A DNA stretch of 63,693 bases, the filler included, from Babesia bigemina (lineage: Eukaryota): NCBI RefSeq assembly GCF_000981445.1. It is 8 parts of 8 records of this genome, joined end to end, with 100 filler letters (N's around TTAATTAATTAA, not from the genome) between each part and the next. Parts side by side here need not be neighbours in the genome. Positions count along the whole stretch, not along the records: positions 41,564 to 53,618 come from NW_012237366.1; positions 53,719 to 57,451 come from NW_012237367.1; positions 57,552 to 59,816 come from NW_012237368.1; positions 59,917 to 63,693 come from NW_012237369.1; 4 more parts are not named here. One strand, written 5' to 3'. How positions within the stretch are numbered: the stretch's first letter is position 1; the number at the start of each line of letters is the position of its first letter. Made by a program: the position numbers and the translations under genes. Below the pieces are notes generated by a model. It worked only from the letters and a program-made list of their open reading frames with translations. It was not told the origin of the DNA and made no database searches. Below are positions 47,739-60,929 of the stretch, piece after piece.

Positions 47739-49295
47739 ATGATACGCCAGCGGACTCTGGATTACTACTTCAAGCCGTCGCCAAACAACGCTATCAAACT
47801 GCAGACCAATAATGACACCCAGCCGACCACTACACCCATCACAGTCTCTCCTCAACCGGAGCAAAAAGTCAAGCGTCCGAGAGGCAGACCCAGGAAGGTC
47901 AGGCCAGTTGAGACCAGCGAAATTGTCAAGCGTCGGAGAGGCAGACCGCGGAAAGTCAGGCCTGTTGAGACTCCCGACGCTGTCAAGCAGGAGCAGCAGT
48001 GCAATGGTAACGCGACGCCGGCCAGCGCATGTATTACAGTCTATCCTCAACCGGAGCAGAAAGTCAAACGTCCTAGAGGCAGGCCGCGAAAGGTCAGGCC
48101 TGTTGAGACTAACGACGCTGTCAAGCAGGAGCAGCTGTGCTATGGTAACGCGACGCCGACAACTACACCCTTCACAGGAATTCCGCAACCGGAGCAGAAA
48201 GTCAAGCGTCCGAGGGGCAGACCCAGGAAAGTCAGGCCTGTTGAGACGACAGATGACGTCAACAAGCAGGAAGTGCGGACTCCAACATACAGCAAGGACA
48301 CGCCTCGACGCAGCAGCCGACTGCGGAATCAACGCACAAACTCACAGCAATATGTATATGACATGACAGAAATGGCCGACGAGACGCCGGCTTCCAATGC
48401 GATGCTCTCAACACAGGACGCATACCAGTCCCCTAGCAGATTGCTTGCCGATTTTCCGTACGCCAGATTCGGCTACACGCATCAGCCGGCTCACTTCCGT
48501 TCGCCTACCAGGAGGGAACTGTGGTCGCGGGTGGGCCGCATCTACAAGGAACTGCAGACTGTCCGCGATGACAATTACAAGCTGCCGCTTGATCCGCATC
48601 AGATGGCCAAGGAATCGCACATTATGCAACTCGAAACTGCACTGGACGACGCGCTAGAGGACGCCAAGTTTCTCGACTGGCAGAGGCATCACATGAATCG
48701 GATCAAGGAGCGCAGCGAGGAACCGCAGCTGGCAAAGGAGGAGCGTGACGTCCTGACGCTGGACGACGTGAGCTGCAATGATGTTATCAACGTTAATATG
48801 TTTGACTACCTGATGACGCCGCAAGCAGAACGGTGGAACGCAGTGCCGCCAATTCGCTACCACGCCGACACACGCAACGTCAGCAGAGAGACGCCACCGC
48901 CACACCGAGTAGGACTAACTATCATACGCTATTCGCCGTCAGTATCGCAGCACTCAAATGATGAGACGCTCGACGACGCTGGCGAAAATGAGAATGTGCA
49001 AGAAAACACCGGCCGACCAGTCGTGCGCCGGGAGCCAAGCGTAGACAGCGGCAGACTGCTCAGATGGAACACGCATCCGAGGGATGTGATCCCTAAACGC
49101 TACTGTGCAAATTACCCAGATGACATCGCGCCGTGTTTCTGCTGCACTATGCTATCTGAGCTTCCATGGAAACGCGTACGCAGCAACGCACCTGTGAGGT
49201 GTAAATGTGCAAGGCGTAAGCAGTCCGGTGCCCAGCGAAAAAGACGCAGATTGCGCTTCCTGAGACAAATGAGCAAAATACATCACATATCGTGA
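47739..49295 (+). CDS. 518-aa PIP-box/AT-hook protein, second identical copy; first convincing gene after the telomere
   Basis: Translation identical to 11330-12886. Confidence 0.8.
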   Translation: MIRQRTLDYYFKPSPNNAIKLQTNNDTQPTTTPITVSPQPEQKVKRPRGRPRKVRPVETSEIVKRRRGRPRKVRPVETPDAVKQEQQCNGNATPASACITVYPQPEQKVKRPRGRPRKVRPVETNDAVKQEQLCYGNATPTTTPFTGIPQPEQKVKRPRGRPRKVRPVETTDDVNKQEVRTPTYSKDTPRRSSRLRNQRTNSQQYVYDMTEMADETPASNAMLSTQDAYQSPSRLLADFPYARFGYTHQPAHFRSPTRRELWSRVGRIYKELQTVRDDNYKLPLDPHQMAKESHIMQLETALDDALEDAKFLDWQRHHMNRIKERSEEPQLAKEERDVLTLDDVSCNDVINVNMFDYLMTPQAERWNAVPPIRYHADTRNVSRETPPPHRVGLTIIRYSPSVSQHSNDETLDDAGENENVQENTGRPVVRREPSVDSGRLLRWNTHPRDVIPKRYCANYPDDIAPCFCCTMLSELPWKRVRSNAPVRCKCARRKQSGAQRKRRRLRFLRQMSKIHHIS

Positions 49296-52200
49296 ACATA
49301 CCTTTAATCGCTGCCACCGGCCACTTAAGTGAGTAGACACGTGCTAGCAGTCAGCCGTAAGCTGACCATGGTGATGACTAGACTACGTGTGCGGGGTCAA
49401 TCGAACATCGGAAATGTATTCCGAATCTCCCGATACCCGCGCAGGTTATAGTGTTTCCACGCCCAGACACGCCTGACTAATTACACATGTGTGCAGCCAC
49501 ACATCCCACACCACCCTATCGGGGCCCAAGGGCCCCCGTCAGGCTACACCACAGCTGTTGGGTCAAAGTGGGTAAAAATCGGGGCTGATGCCTCACGTCA
49601 TTTACGTACATTATACGTCATGTATGACACACCAGCAGCCGAGCGGTCGCTGCGACACCGAGCGCCGCCAGATAGACACATGACGACACCGGCAGGTGGA
49701 GTCGGATAGGAAATTTTTTACCGCACATCTAGAGTCACCAAACACGCTTACCAATCATTTTAAGACATTTTACAGCATTTTCTACTTTGGCGAATTTTTT
49801 GCCACGACGCGTACCCCGGCCGACCAGTGACTGGCGGAGTACGATACCACAGGCACCGCCTAACTACTCAAATAAGGTTGGAATGCCACGTCACGTTTTT
49901 CGCACACATGATGTTATTCCGTCTTATTTTAAGCCACTTTTACAAACGCAATTACGTCCGCCACCGCCGAGATTCCGGCTATATCCATGCCGAGCAGCTA
50001 GCTGACGGCCGACCTTCTTAATGAGACATGACTACAGAATTGTTATGTAAGAACATTAGTAACGTTTAACGTATAATTTACGAGGTCAATGAGCACGTAA
50101 GTATGAGCGGTAGATTGCACAACGGTCAAGTAATGAATGCACTGGCAGACAGGGTGACACAGCTGGGTAGTGGTCAAATGCGAAAAATAATGAGCGTGTG
50201 TTTAGGCGGTGTAATATATCCACATATGTGTATTTTCATCTAAAAGTCACATAGCAATTTTAATACTAACATAGGTAGTTACTCAGCAAGTTACGCCTTA
50301 TGTTACCCATTGGTGTACATTTAAATAGTCAACACAATCACCTAAGCTTTTAATTAACGATTTACATACAACATTATTCCACACGTTAACCATATAATTC
50401 ATAATGTTTTTGAGCAGTAACTAGACCGTTAACTCACCAGCCGCTCCCTGCTGCGCTTATGCTCCGGTGCTGGGCGAATTGGTGTCCGACGGCATGTCGC
50501 AATTTGTTAAGCAATTGTTGACTAAACAAGATCTCAATGACACATAATAGGCAATGTAAAATACGCAGCACATCTGTCTGTCACGTCTAATAGATGAGCC
50601 ATTAGGTCGAGGCAGGCAGCGGAGCTGCCTAGTGCTGGGTGGGTGGTGCACGGAAAACTGTATTAATTCGTGCTCTACATGCCTTTCGTATCACATATGT
50701 GATGCTGTAATTACGTGCTATTCGCTGCGTGAGTGCCGGTCGCTGCATGTCTTCTGGCGGACAGGTAGCTAACGTGTACGGCGTATTATCGCCGACATGA
50801 TTACGCGATGAATAGCATTCTCATGTCTTCAGATGTATGGAATGATGTTATAATAATCGCTATGTCAACCCACCTTGTTACTTACCTGTTGTCCGCAGTG
50901 GTCGTGGCCACGGCGTTACATGTTGCGTTTTCCACTGCTCACGTTTCACCTAGCGGAATGATTTGTTTTGTCACGCATCCCTAATCACGTCACTAATCAC
51001 ATCTCAGACGCATAATTACTTGACTAGCCGCCTATAATTTTCCTGGACGACGTGGCCCGTTTCCTCTTCGTCCTAGGCTACCAGGGGTGTCGGCGCTGTG
51101 CTAGACCTGGCGGAGGGTATCCGCCGTGCATTTGGAATAACGTCGTTGATGCGATAATATGTCATTTGATGATGTGATTGACAGTTTCTCAGCTGTATAA
51201 CAATTTTGCCTTATCAGAGCAAATCTCACTGCTAGCGATGCAACGTTGATTAAGCTGGAATGTGCGTGAGAACCGCTTCATCAATAATGCGTTGTTGCTA
51301 GTCGAGCGCGGTACGCGCATGTGACGGTATACACGTGGTAGCGATTATGCAGCCAAAGAGACACGAGGCGCCGCGATTGGCGTCAGATGAGCTAGAAACT
51401 AAACAGCAGGCAACGTCAGTTGCCCGTGTGACTGAAATAAGACGAATGGACGAAATGGGAATACACAAATCAGCGTCGCAACGCTGAGTAACAATATCAC
51501 GAGCAGATTCACGTGATAGAATGTTAACACGTAAAAATAGCGATAAGCAATTAGACTAGCGCACAATTTAACGCGGTGGCACATGTGATAATTAACAGTG
51601 TACTTCTGGTCACGAAGCAGCTGCGATAAGCTGCCGTGATAAACAAGCAGACTAGCAGCGAGTTAAGCACGTCGTAGAGCGGAAGGCGTAAGCCGGGGGA
51701 ATGGGAAAGTAGAGAGGGAGGGTATCAGTCAGCTATCAATTCAGCCGTTTACTTAGCTATTTGCTTATCTTCTTGGTTACCTCTTTGGGTACCTTCTTGG
51801 TCAACACGTTACTCAGCCGCTTGTTCACGGCTTCGTTGCTCCTCTCACCCTTATCGGTGATCACATATTCGTAGGCATTACTGCCGCTCTCGTAGCTCAT
51901 CTAGCGAACACTTTCGTTGCTCTTCACTGCTCCTGATGAAGGAACGGGCGCCTTCAGGAACGGTTGGGAAGGGCCGGGAACTGGGCGAATGGTTGTAGCT
52001 CCGATTTGGAGGCAACCCAGCTTTTGAGGCTGGGTGAGAGTTGAGTGTTTGAGTAAAGAGTGCGTATGAATTTGATTTGAATAGAAATTAGCAGCGTAGT
52101 CATATGTAACGTAGGTGCGCATCGTCACTTATTCGAACGTTTTACCCCATCCCCGTGGGAGACCGGCCGGCGCATGGTGATGCGATATGGAATCCTCAGT

Positions 52201-52535
52201 GCGATGTCGTTGTTGACTGGAAGGCTGGGCAAGAGCCGTGAGCAGGAGCGAATGGCGCCGGAAGGGAGAGCGAAGGCCGAGATTCCGCTGAGGTAGGTGG
52301 TCGAGGTAGCGATATAAACGGTTTTCCTTGTTAGGTGAGCGAGGAAGGCTGCGAAATTGGTGAGTTTTTGCGTGATTCCATAACGTAGTGTGACTGTGAG
52401 CGAGATTCCATCGAGATTCCATGTGCATGAGTTTGAGTTGAGTTATGTAATGTAGCTGTGGCATGCGTGTTGAGTGCGGGTGGTCGTGATTAGTTAGAAA
52501 CGTGAGTGAAAGTGCGAGGTAAGTGAGCCTTGAAA
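49296..52535 (+). promoter_or_regulatory. Second copy of the 3.2-kb ves1 upstream region
   Basis: Duplicate of 12887-16126. Confidence 0.5.
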
Positions 52536-53618
52536 ATGAGGCATGTCCCTAAGAAATTAACGGACTGTCCGGAAAATCTCCGTGAGTCCATCGACTGGTT
52601 GATCCAGGTTAGGTATGGGAATGGTGACAGTGATGGTCTTGATGAGTTGGCAAAAGCTTTGAAAAAGTTGATTGAGGAGGCTATTGAGAAGGCTACTAAG
52701 TCCCTCCAAGCCGAAAAAGATAAACTTGAATGCCCTGTTAAGTATACTGGACATCCCTCTAACTGTGCCTATATTGATACGCTGATTGAGAAGGCTGGAA
52801 AATCTAAAAATCCAAATGGTCTTAATAAAGAACAACTTGTAAAAAACAAACAACACTGCCAGAATAACCATGAATACTATCGTTCCGATGCCCAGAAAAA
52901 AGCCTTGCAGGACATTAAAGAGCGTGAGACTCAACTCAAAGATCTTACTAATAAGCTTAGCATATTTACTGACAAAAATCATCAAAAATGTACTGACTTA
53001 CTTACAAACCTCTGCACCGGCCTCGAAACCTTCCTCGGCTTCAACTCTGAGACCAAAGGCTACACTGGCCATGGCATTGTGTACTCCGACCTGGATAGGC
53101 TGTGTGACGGGGTGATGGGATTTTTCCACGGGGTGTTGGAGAGTGTTGAAAAAGATCCAAGCGTTACAACTTACTATACTGGCATGAATGATACACTTAA
53201 AACAATTAAAGAAAGTATGCACAATCCTGGCGGATTGTCTGCAGCCGTTACGGCTGTGAGCGAGCCGCTGGGGGAGTGCGACAGGGAGGTGACTGAGAAA
53301 ACACAACGCACTTAAAAATGGACTTAATGAACTGAAAAATAATAATTTTAGCAGTATGCAAAATGCACTTGATAACCTTAATGCATTGTCACATAGTGAT
53401 CAGCTTAGCAGTGTTGCTGATAAATTACATACGTGTATCGACCAGGCCACATTTCTATCAGGGGCGTATGATGCCGCGGAGCAAAGAGTACGATAAGCTG
53501 GATCCGACGCTTAGAGATAGAGATGACAGATGCATTAAATAAAATTAAGTTGCAGGTAGAGCATTTTCATGGAGCGGCGGCGCAACACGGAGTTGAAGGG
53601 ACTTTCTTGAGGAGGGAG
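52536..53618 (+). CDS. ves1: 5' part of an ATG-bearing ves1 gene (different body from the 16127 gene; truncated by contig end)
   Basis: MRHVPKKLTDCPENLRESIDWLIQVRYGNG then a divergent sequence. The stop at 53315 and later frame breaks lie within ~300 bp of the contig end. Confidence 0.75.
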
Positions 53619-53718
53619 NNNNNNNNNNNNNNNNNNNNNNNNNNNNNNNNNNNNNNNNNNNNTTAATTAATTAANNNNNNNNNNNNNNNNNNNNNNNNNN
53701 NNNNNNNNNNNNNNNNNN
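53619..53718. other. Artificial contig linker
   Basis: 44N-TTAATTAATTAA-44N. Confidence 0.97.
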
Positions 53719-53738
53719 AGTTCGCATAATTGCTAAGC

Positions 53739-54277
53739 TCAGCTGTAAACGCGATGCAGAACGGTACTTTGCGTACGAGGAAATCGCGGATGTTGCGGCC
53801 CACCGGGAAGCGGAAGATGCACAGGTCGAGCAGGATGATGGCGACGATGATGGCAACGATGACGGCGGCGATGGTGGAGGGGTCAGGGTGGAAAGGTGTG
53901 GAGGATTTGACGGGAATGTCTCCATTGGAATTCTCTTGATCAGAAGTATCGCGCAGTAGACTGGTCTGAGCCTCAGCATGGGAGGAATCAGGGAGAGGCG
54001 GTGGAGCGGGGGGCTTGCACTTGTCAGCCTGCTCTGCACATTGTTTTTTACAACATCTACATTGACATTTGGTAAAGTCGGGACACTTATTTGTTTGTTT
54101 TGCACATCCGTCCGGATGGCAGTCAGTCTTATTTTTGCGCAGGAGGAGATATCCCCAACATCCATTGCAATTGTCACTCTTACATTTTTCACAGCACCAC
54201 GAGCAGCAGACACAACTAAACCGTGGACAACTAATATCACATGTACACGGAGAACCTGACGTGGACACCCAAACCAT
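53739..54277 (-). CDS. Small Cys-rich protein with C-terminal TM helix (type B tail), ~179 aa
   Basis: Motifs CVCCSWCCEKC, DCHPDGC, CQCRCC and SSHA align with 728-1162. The tail matches 1208-1399. A probable 1-bp error near the contig end hides the ...AFYS* stop at ~53739. Confidence 0.7.
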
Positions 54278-54290
54278 CTTCCGCTACCAA

Positions 54291-54900
54291 TCCCCTCAAC
54301 CTGCAAACATATCAATCACCTAAGCAGCACTCACCAACTGCAACACTACCACTGCCGCTCCCAGTCCCCTCAACCTGCAAGCATATCAATCACCTAGCAA
54401 CGCACTCACCTACTACGACACGCACCACTGCCGCTCCCAGTCCCCTCAACCTGCAAACATATCAATCACCTAAGCAGCACTCACCAACTGCAACACTACC
54501 ACTGCCGCTCCCAGTCCCCTCAACCTGCAGACATATCAATCACTCAAGCAGCACTCACCAACTGCAACACGTACCACTGCCGCTCCCAGTCCCCTCAACC
54601 TGCAAGCATATCAATCACCTAGCAACGCACTCACCTACTACGACACGCACCACTGCCGCTCCCAGTCCCCTCAACCTGCTAACATATCAATCACTTAGTC
54701 AACGCACTCACCAACTGCAACACTACCACTGCCGCTCCCAGTCCCCTCAACCTGCAAACATATCACTCACTCAAGCAGCACTCACCAACTGCAACACTAC
54801 CACTGCCGCTCCCACTCCCCTCAACCTGCAAGCATATCAGTCACTCAAGCAGCACTCACCAACTGCAACACTACCACTGCCGCTCCCACTCCCCTCATCA
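54291..54900 (-). repeat. ~75-bp micro-exon/intron tandem repeat, 8 units
   Basis: Eight CCCCTCAACCTGC...ACTCACC units (minus-strand GTGAGT...GCAG|GTTGAGGGG). Confidence 0.75.
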
Positions 54901-55370
54901 ACACTCACCCTCACCGCTGTATCCCCCCAGCCCAGGCCACCGACACCCACGCTGCCCGGGATACCACAGCTGCGCCTGACGCGACGCATGTTATCGGCAC
55001 CAACTGTCACTCTAAATTACTCACTATTCGCAACGCCATTAAAATTGCAGCGAACCCCGTGCGCTCAACTCCCACAGTGCAGCAGCACCGTGCTACGAGC
55101 CGCGGTATCGGCGCCATACTGGCGGAGCGTGTCGGCTACGTGCCTAAATGTGATATTAACAATCGCTACATCGCTGCCAATATATGCTACTTAACCGGGC
55201 CAACTCCGATTACGCCACCGTGCCAGTGACTCGCGACACACGACTTGGGGCACCAGCCGCGGCCTTCACGACCGCCTACGTCAGCGACCAATCACCCAGC
55301 CTCACGTGACACTCACTCAATGGGCAACGCGGACGCCTCTCACAGGCAACGCTTAACTCAACGCACCAGG
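54900..55370 (-). promoter_or_regulatory. Conserved upstream region of the Cys-rich gene family
   Basis: Homologous to 1-475(+). Confidence 0.5.
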
Positions 55371-55414
55371 CAATCAACGTGCCACAACATCCACCAAATT
55401 ACGATTCATCCGCC

Positions 55415-55578
55415 AGCTTACCACTTTGCCTGGATGCTAGCTTAGCACTTTGCCTGGGTGCCACCTTAACACGTTGCCTGGTTGCCAGCTTAGCACTTTG
55501 CCTGGGTGCTAGCTCAGCACTCTGCCTGGGTGCCACCTTAACACTTTGCCTGGGTGCTAGGTCAACACGTTGCTTGGT
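55415..55578 (-). repeat. 24-bp (2x12) tandem repeat TTAGCACTTTGCCTGGGTGC(C/T)A(G/C)C in a ves1 3' flank
   Basis: Direct inspection. Confidence 0.75.
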
Positions 55579-55719
55579 CGTTCAGTCATAACTTACGTTA
55601 GGTGTTATTTAGTTCACAGGTTGCCACTAGAGTAATTCGAAACATTATGATACGTTTGTTGGTTAGGTGAGTAGGTGAGTAGTTACGTGAGTTGCTGTGA
55701 GTTACAGATGTGAGTAAAA

Positions 55720-57428
55720 TTACGGTTGTAGATACGATATCTTGGCAAGCCTTCCGACTTGCGCTGCAGCCAACAGTGATTGCGCTGTTATCTTGTGCGA
55801 CGACGGTATTCGCAGGTGTGATTTGATGTGGAGCACATCCAGTCTGCCAACCATTACGCAGATGAGGTAAAAGAGGGATAGTGACCAGAGTGCGAGCACT
55901 AGGTAAGTGAATGGCTCTCTGATGGTCCAAATGAAGTTGTCACATTCCGTGAATAGCTTAACAAAATATTCCGATTTCAACACTTTGTCCAGCTGAGAGC
56001 AGAAATCAGTGCACGTATTAGGATAAGTTGCGTGATTCAGTGAAGATGCATCTTGGAAGCTGAGCCCATATTGGTACAGCGTTGGAGACACACCTTTGCA
56101 AGTTACGATGGACGTGCATTGGCAATACGATTTTCGGATATTTTCACCATTCGTTTCGCTGTGTCCGTGTTTACCTTTTTTACATGCTCTGCTTTGCAAA
56201 CATAGGCGACATCCCCAATCTGCGCAGAATATGTTGCAGAAGTCATCGTATAGATTTTTGAGATGGCTCCAAAAATTCCAAGGCAGATAGATGGCCCACG
56301 AGAGATAGGTTTTTGAATTCTTAGATGGTAGACACGAGTAGTAATCTTCACTAAGCGATAACATATATGGAGCGCAATATGCTTTCATTTTAGGATCATT
56401 ATATCCTGTTATCGAAAGACTGGATAACGCAGCGTGTGGAGGCATACGAACCTGAGTGAGTTGAACAGGCCGTGGATCACCATACGCATTACGCAATGCT
56501 TCTGTAAAATTCGTAGGTTTTTCGTATAGTTCAATGGAGACGTTTGTAATTGCTTCCTCAAAAGGTTTTTCCACACCTGTCTTACGCTTCTTGTTGTCGC
56601 TACCAACCCACCCAGCAACAAGCGACAACGTGAATCCGAAGTGTTCCGGTAACGTAGATGGCGTTTTAGTTTGCAAGCTGAATAGGACCTTAAGGTTGCC
56701 GTTGTCAAAGAATTTGCCTAGCACGTCACTTATGTCTCTACCTTCACGTGTGGTCCCAGAGAAACACCTGAATCCAAGTGGCGTGATACACGGCATCCCG
56801 GGCGTGGATTTCGGGCAGGTTGAACATTTGGCTTTGCAACCAATGCCAGTCAGGGCGTGAGGTAAATGACCCGGAAGGCAATCGTTTAGGTAGCTCATTA
56901 GTGGCGATTTTGGTTGGCACGTAGGTTGGCACGTTGTTTGACAATTTGCATGGCACGTTGCTTCACTGCTTGAGTGTCCGCTACATGGCCATTTGGTTGT
57001 ATGGACATCCTTGCCATAACGGCAACCAGCCCAGCCGAATTCGTTTGCGGCAATGCCACATTGCGTTTGCAAGTATTTGAGTGGTGGGAACAATCTACGC
57101 AAAATGTTGAGGAACATGTCAAGGCATTCCTCACCCGAAGAGGGGTAGTACAACTTGAGTGAGTTGGTGGAGTAATCGACAGCGTACATGGTGTTCTCGT
57201 CACCGGTGCCAAGGATTCGACACAATACGTCGTGCGATTTAGCACAGATATGATCGACGAGATTGCAGGTGTTCTCGTAAGTAAGTCGGTTTGGATACGC
57301 GTCGATGTGCACGTGTTCCGTCCGATCCACTGTGAACTCAATGTCACCGTCGACCTCTTTTTCCTGCCGCTTTGGGTCTACAAACATATCACTTAGACCG
57401 TGTAGTAACAACTCATTATATGCCTTAT
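55720..57428 (-). CDS. ves1: 3' part of a ves1-family gene or cassette (5' end lost at contig gap), variant tail ...RLDVLHIKSHLRIPSSHKITAQSLLAAAQVGRLAKISYLQP
   Basis: Open frame of >560 codons. The first ~220 aa are identical to the 16127 and 40132(-) genes, then it is a mosaic. Confidence 0.8.
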
Positions 57429-57451
57429 GAACGAATCAAGCTGATTCTCGA

Positions 57452-57551
57452 NNNNNNNNNNNNNNNNNNNNNNNNNNNNNNNNNNNNNNNNNNNNTTAAT
57501 TAATTAANNNNNNNNNNNNNNNNNNNNNNNNNNNNNNNNNNNNNNNNNNNN
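57452..57551. other. Artificial contig linker
   Basis: 44N-TTAATTAATTAA-44N. Confidence 0.97.
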
Positions 57552-59816
57552 TAACGATGACCTAGTGCGTGACCTAGGCCATAACCTAGTGAGTGACCTA
57601 ACGATGACCTAGTGAGTGACGTAGTGAGTGACCTAGCCGCTGACCTAGTGAGTGACCTAACGATGACCTAGTGCGTGACCTAGTGAGTGACCTAGGCCAT
57701 AACCTAGTGAGTGACCTAACGATGACCTAGTGAGTGACCTAGGCCATAACCTAGTGAGTGACCTAACGATGACCTAGTGAGTGACCTAGGCCCTGACCTA
57801 GTGAGTGACCTACGCGCTGACCTAGTGAGTGACCTAGGCCCTGACCTAGTGAGTGACCTAGGCCCTGACCTAGTGAGTGACCTAGGCCCTGACCTAGTGA
57901 GTGACCTAGGCCCTGACCTAGTGAGTGACCTACGCGCTGACCTAGTGAGTGACCTAGGCCCTGACCTAGTGAGTGACCTAGCCGCTGACCTAGTGAGTGA
58001 CCTAGGCCCTGACCTAGTGAGTGACCTAGCCGCTGACCTAGTGAGTGACCTAGGCCATAACCTAGTGAGTGACCTAACGATGACCTAGTGAGTGACGTAG
58101 TGAGTGACCTAGCCGCTGACCTAGTGAGTGACCTAACGATGACCTAGTGCGTGACCTAGTGAGTGACCTAGGCCCTGACCTAGTGAGTGACCTACGCGCT
58201 GACCTAGTGAGTGACCTAGGCCCTGACCTAGTGAGTGACCTAGGCCCTGACCTAGTGAGTGACCTACGCGCTGACCTAGTGAGTGACCTAGGCCCTGACC
58301 TAGTGAGTGACCTACGCGCTGACCTAGTGAGTGACCTAGGCCCTGACCTAGTGAGTGACCTACGCGCTGACCTAGTGAGTGACCTAGGCCCTGACCTAGT
58401 GAGTGACCTACGCGCTGACCTAGTGAGTGACCTAGGCCCTGACCTAGTGAGTGACCTAGGCCCTGACCTAGTGAGTGACCTAGGCCCTGACCTAGTGAGT
58501 GACCTAGTGAGTGACCTAGCCGCTGACCTAGTGAGTGACCTAACGATGACCTAGTGCGTGACCTAGTGAGTGACCTAACGATGACCTAGTGAGTGACCTA
58601 GCCGCTGACCTAGTGAGTGACCTAGGCCCTGACCTAGTGAGTGACCTAGTGAGTGACCTAGCCGCTGACCTAGTGAGTGACCTAGGCCCTGACCTAGTGA
58701 GTGACCTACGCGCTGACCTAGTGAGTGACCTAGGCCCTGACCTAGTGAGTGACCTAGTGCGTGACCTAGTGAGTGACCTAGGCCATAACCTAGTGAGTGA
58801 CCTAACGATGACCTAGTGAGTGACCTACGCGCTGACCTAGGCCCTGACCTAGTGAGTGACCTAGGCCCTGACCTAGTGAGTGACGTAGTGAGTGACCTAG
58901 CCGCTGACCTAGTGAGTGACCTAACGATGACCTAGTGCGTGACCTAGTGAGTGACCTAGGCCATAACCTAGTGAGTGACCTAACGATGACCTAGTGAGTG
59001 ACCTAACGATGACTTAGTGCGTGACCTAGTGAGTGACCTAACGATGACCTACGCGCTGACCTAGTGAGTGACCTAACGATGACCTACGCGCTGACCTAGT
59101 GAGTGACCTAGGCCCTGACCTAGTGAGTGACGTAGTGAGTGACCTACGCGCTGACCTAGTGCGTGACCTAGGCCCTGACCTAGTGAGTGACCTAGCCGCT
59201 GACCTAGTGAGTGACCTAGCCGCTGACCTAGTGAGTGACCTAACGATGACCTAGTGCGTGACCTAGTGAGTGACCTAACGATGACCTAGTGAGTGACCTA
59301 GCCGCTGACCTAGTGAGTGACCTAGGCCCTGACCTAGTGAGTGACCTAGTGAGTGACCTAGCCGCTGACCTAGTGAGTGACCTAACGATGACCTAGTGCG
59401 TGACCTAGTGAGTGACCTAGCCGCTGACCTAGTGAGTGACCTAACGATGACCTAGTGAGTGACCTACGCGCTGACCTAGTGAGTGACGTAGTGAGTGACC
59501 TAGCCGCTGACCTAGTGAGTGACCTAACGATGACCTAGTGCGTGACCTAGTGAGTGACCTAGGCCATAACCTAGTGAGTGACCTAACGATGACCTACGCG
59601 CTGACCTAGTGAGTGACCTAGGCCCTGACCTAGTGAGTGACCTAGGCCCTGACCTAGTGAGTGACCTAGTGAGTGACCTAGGCCCTGACCTAGTGAGTGA
59701 CCTAGCCGCTGACCTAGTGAGTGACCTAACGATGACCTAGTGCGTGACCTAGTGAGTGACCTAACGATGACCTAGTGAGTGACCTAGCCGCTGACCTAGT
59801 GAGTGACCTAGGCCCT
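57552..59816 (+). repeat. Satellite of 11-12 bp units: GACCTA plus a variable hexamer (GTGAGT, GGCCCT, CGCGCT, GCCGCT, GTGCGT, or 5-mer ACGAT)
   Basis: The whole contig is this repeat. Confidence 0.93.
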
Positions 59817-59916
59817 NNNNNNNNNNNNNNNNNNNNNNNNNNNNNNNNNNNNNNNNNNNNTTAATTAATTAANNNNNNNNNNNNNNNNNNNNNNNNNNNN
59901 NNNNNNNNNNNNNNNN
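59817..59916. other. Artificial contig linker
   Basis: 44N-TTAATTAATTAA-44N. Confidence 0.97.
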
Positions 59917-60929
59917 GCTTCTGGATGCGTTCGAGGAGCAGTCACGGCGACTACCATCACTTTGTTGTTAGCCTGTTGAAGAAGAATGTTGTACGCGACC
60001 CTGAATCCAATGATGTTGAGAACTTCGCATCGCAGTACTTCTACATGACTACGTTGTACTACAAGACTTACCTGACCGTTGACTTTACGGCGGCTAAGTT
60101 CTTCAACAAGCTTGCTTTCACAACCCGCCTGTTCGGTTTCGGTATCCAGAGGGCGTTGAAGCGTTTGGTTAGGAGCAACCTTCCCGTTGACCTTGGAACC
60201 CACCCTGAGGCCACCATCCGCGAGATAGCTAGCGGCTACGGCGAATACATGATGACCCAGGTGCCTGCGATGACCTCGTTCGCTGAGCGTTTCTCCAAGA
60301 TGGCTACTAAGACTCTGTTGGTTACCGTCAGCGACTACGTCCGGTTGCCCGCGTACAAGAGGTGGTACAGGAAGTTCAAGGAGTTCATTGTGACCTTCTT
60401 TACCGACCCTGCCAAGTTGATTTTGAAGCACGTCTCTCAGCCTGTGAAGACTGCGTACACAAAGCTGGTCCCCGAAGAACATAGGCAGGCTATCAGGAAT
60501 GCCGTCGGTCAAAGCACCAAGCGTGTTGCCAACGGTGTACGTGATTTGGCAAAGAAGATTAAGGAGCCTAGCCAACAAATAATTCGTGAGAAGCTGCCTC
60601 ACTACCTTTCTAAGGCAAAGGGAGCCGTTGAGCACGTTGTTGACAAGGTTAAATCCGTTGTGCCGATTAAGAAAAAGCGCGACCAACCATCCGAATCAGC
60701 TGTAGAGGAAGCCGTTCCGTCTGGCGATTCCGCGGAAACTGAATTTGAGGTCCCTGAAGAACAATACGTCGATGCTGTTACTACTGAGGAGGTTAACACC
60801 GAGAAGATGGATGCCGACGATGCGGGTAATGCCGAAACCCAGCAGCTTCCAGATGCAGAAAATGAAGTGCGCGCTGATGAACCCCAAAATGAAGATTCTT
60901 CAAGTTCTTCAGATGATTCAGATGCGTAA
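59917..60929 (+). CDS. rap-1a: Rhoptry-associated protein 1a, 3' part (5' end lost at gap), long acidic C-terminus
   Basis: FWMRSRSSHGDYHHFVVSLL, YFYMTTLYYKTYLTVD and the C-terminus ...EDSSSSSDDSDA are recognisable as B. bigemina RAP-1a. Confidence 0.93.
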
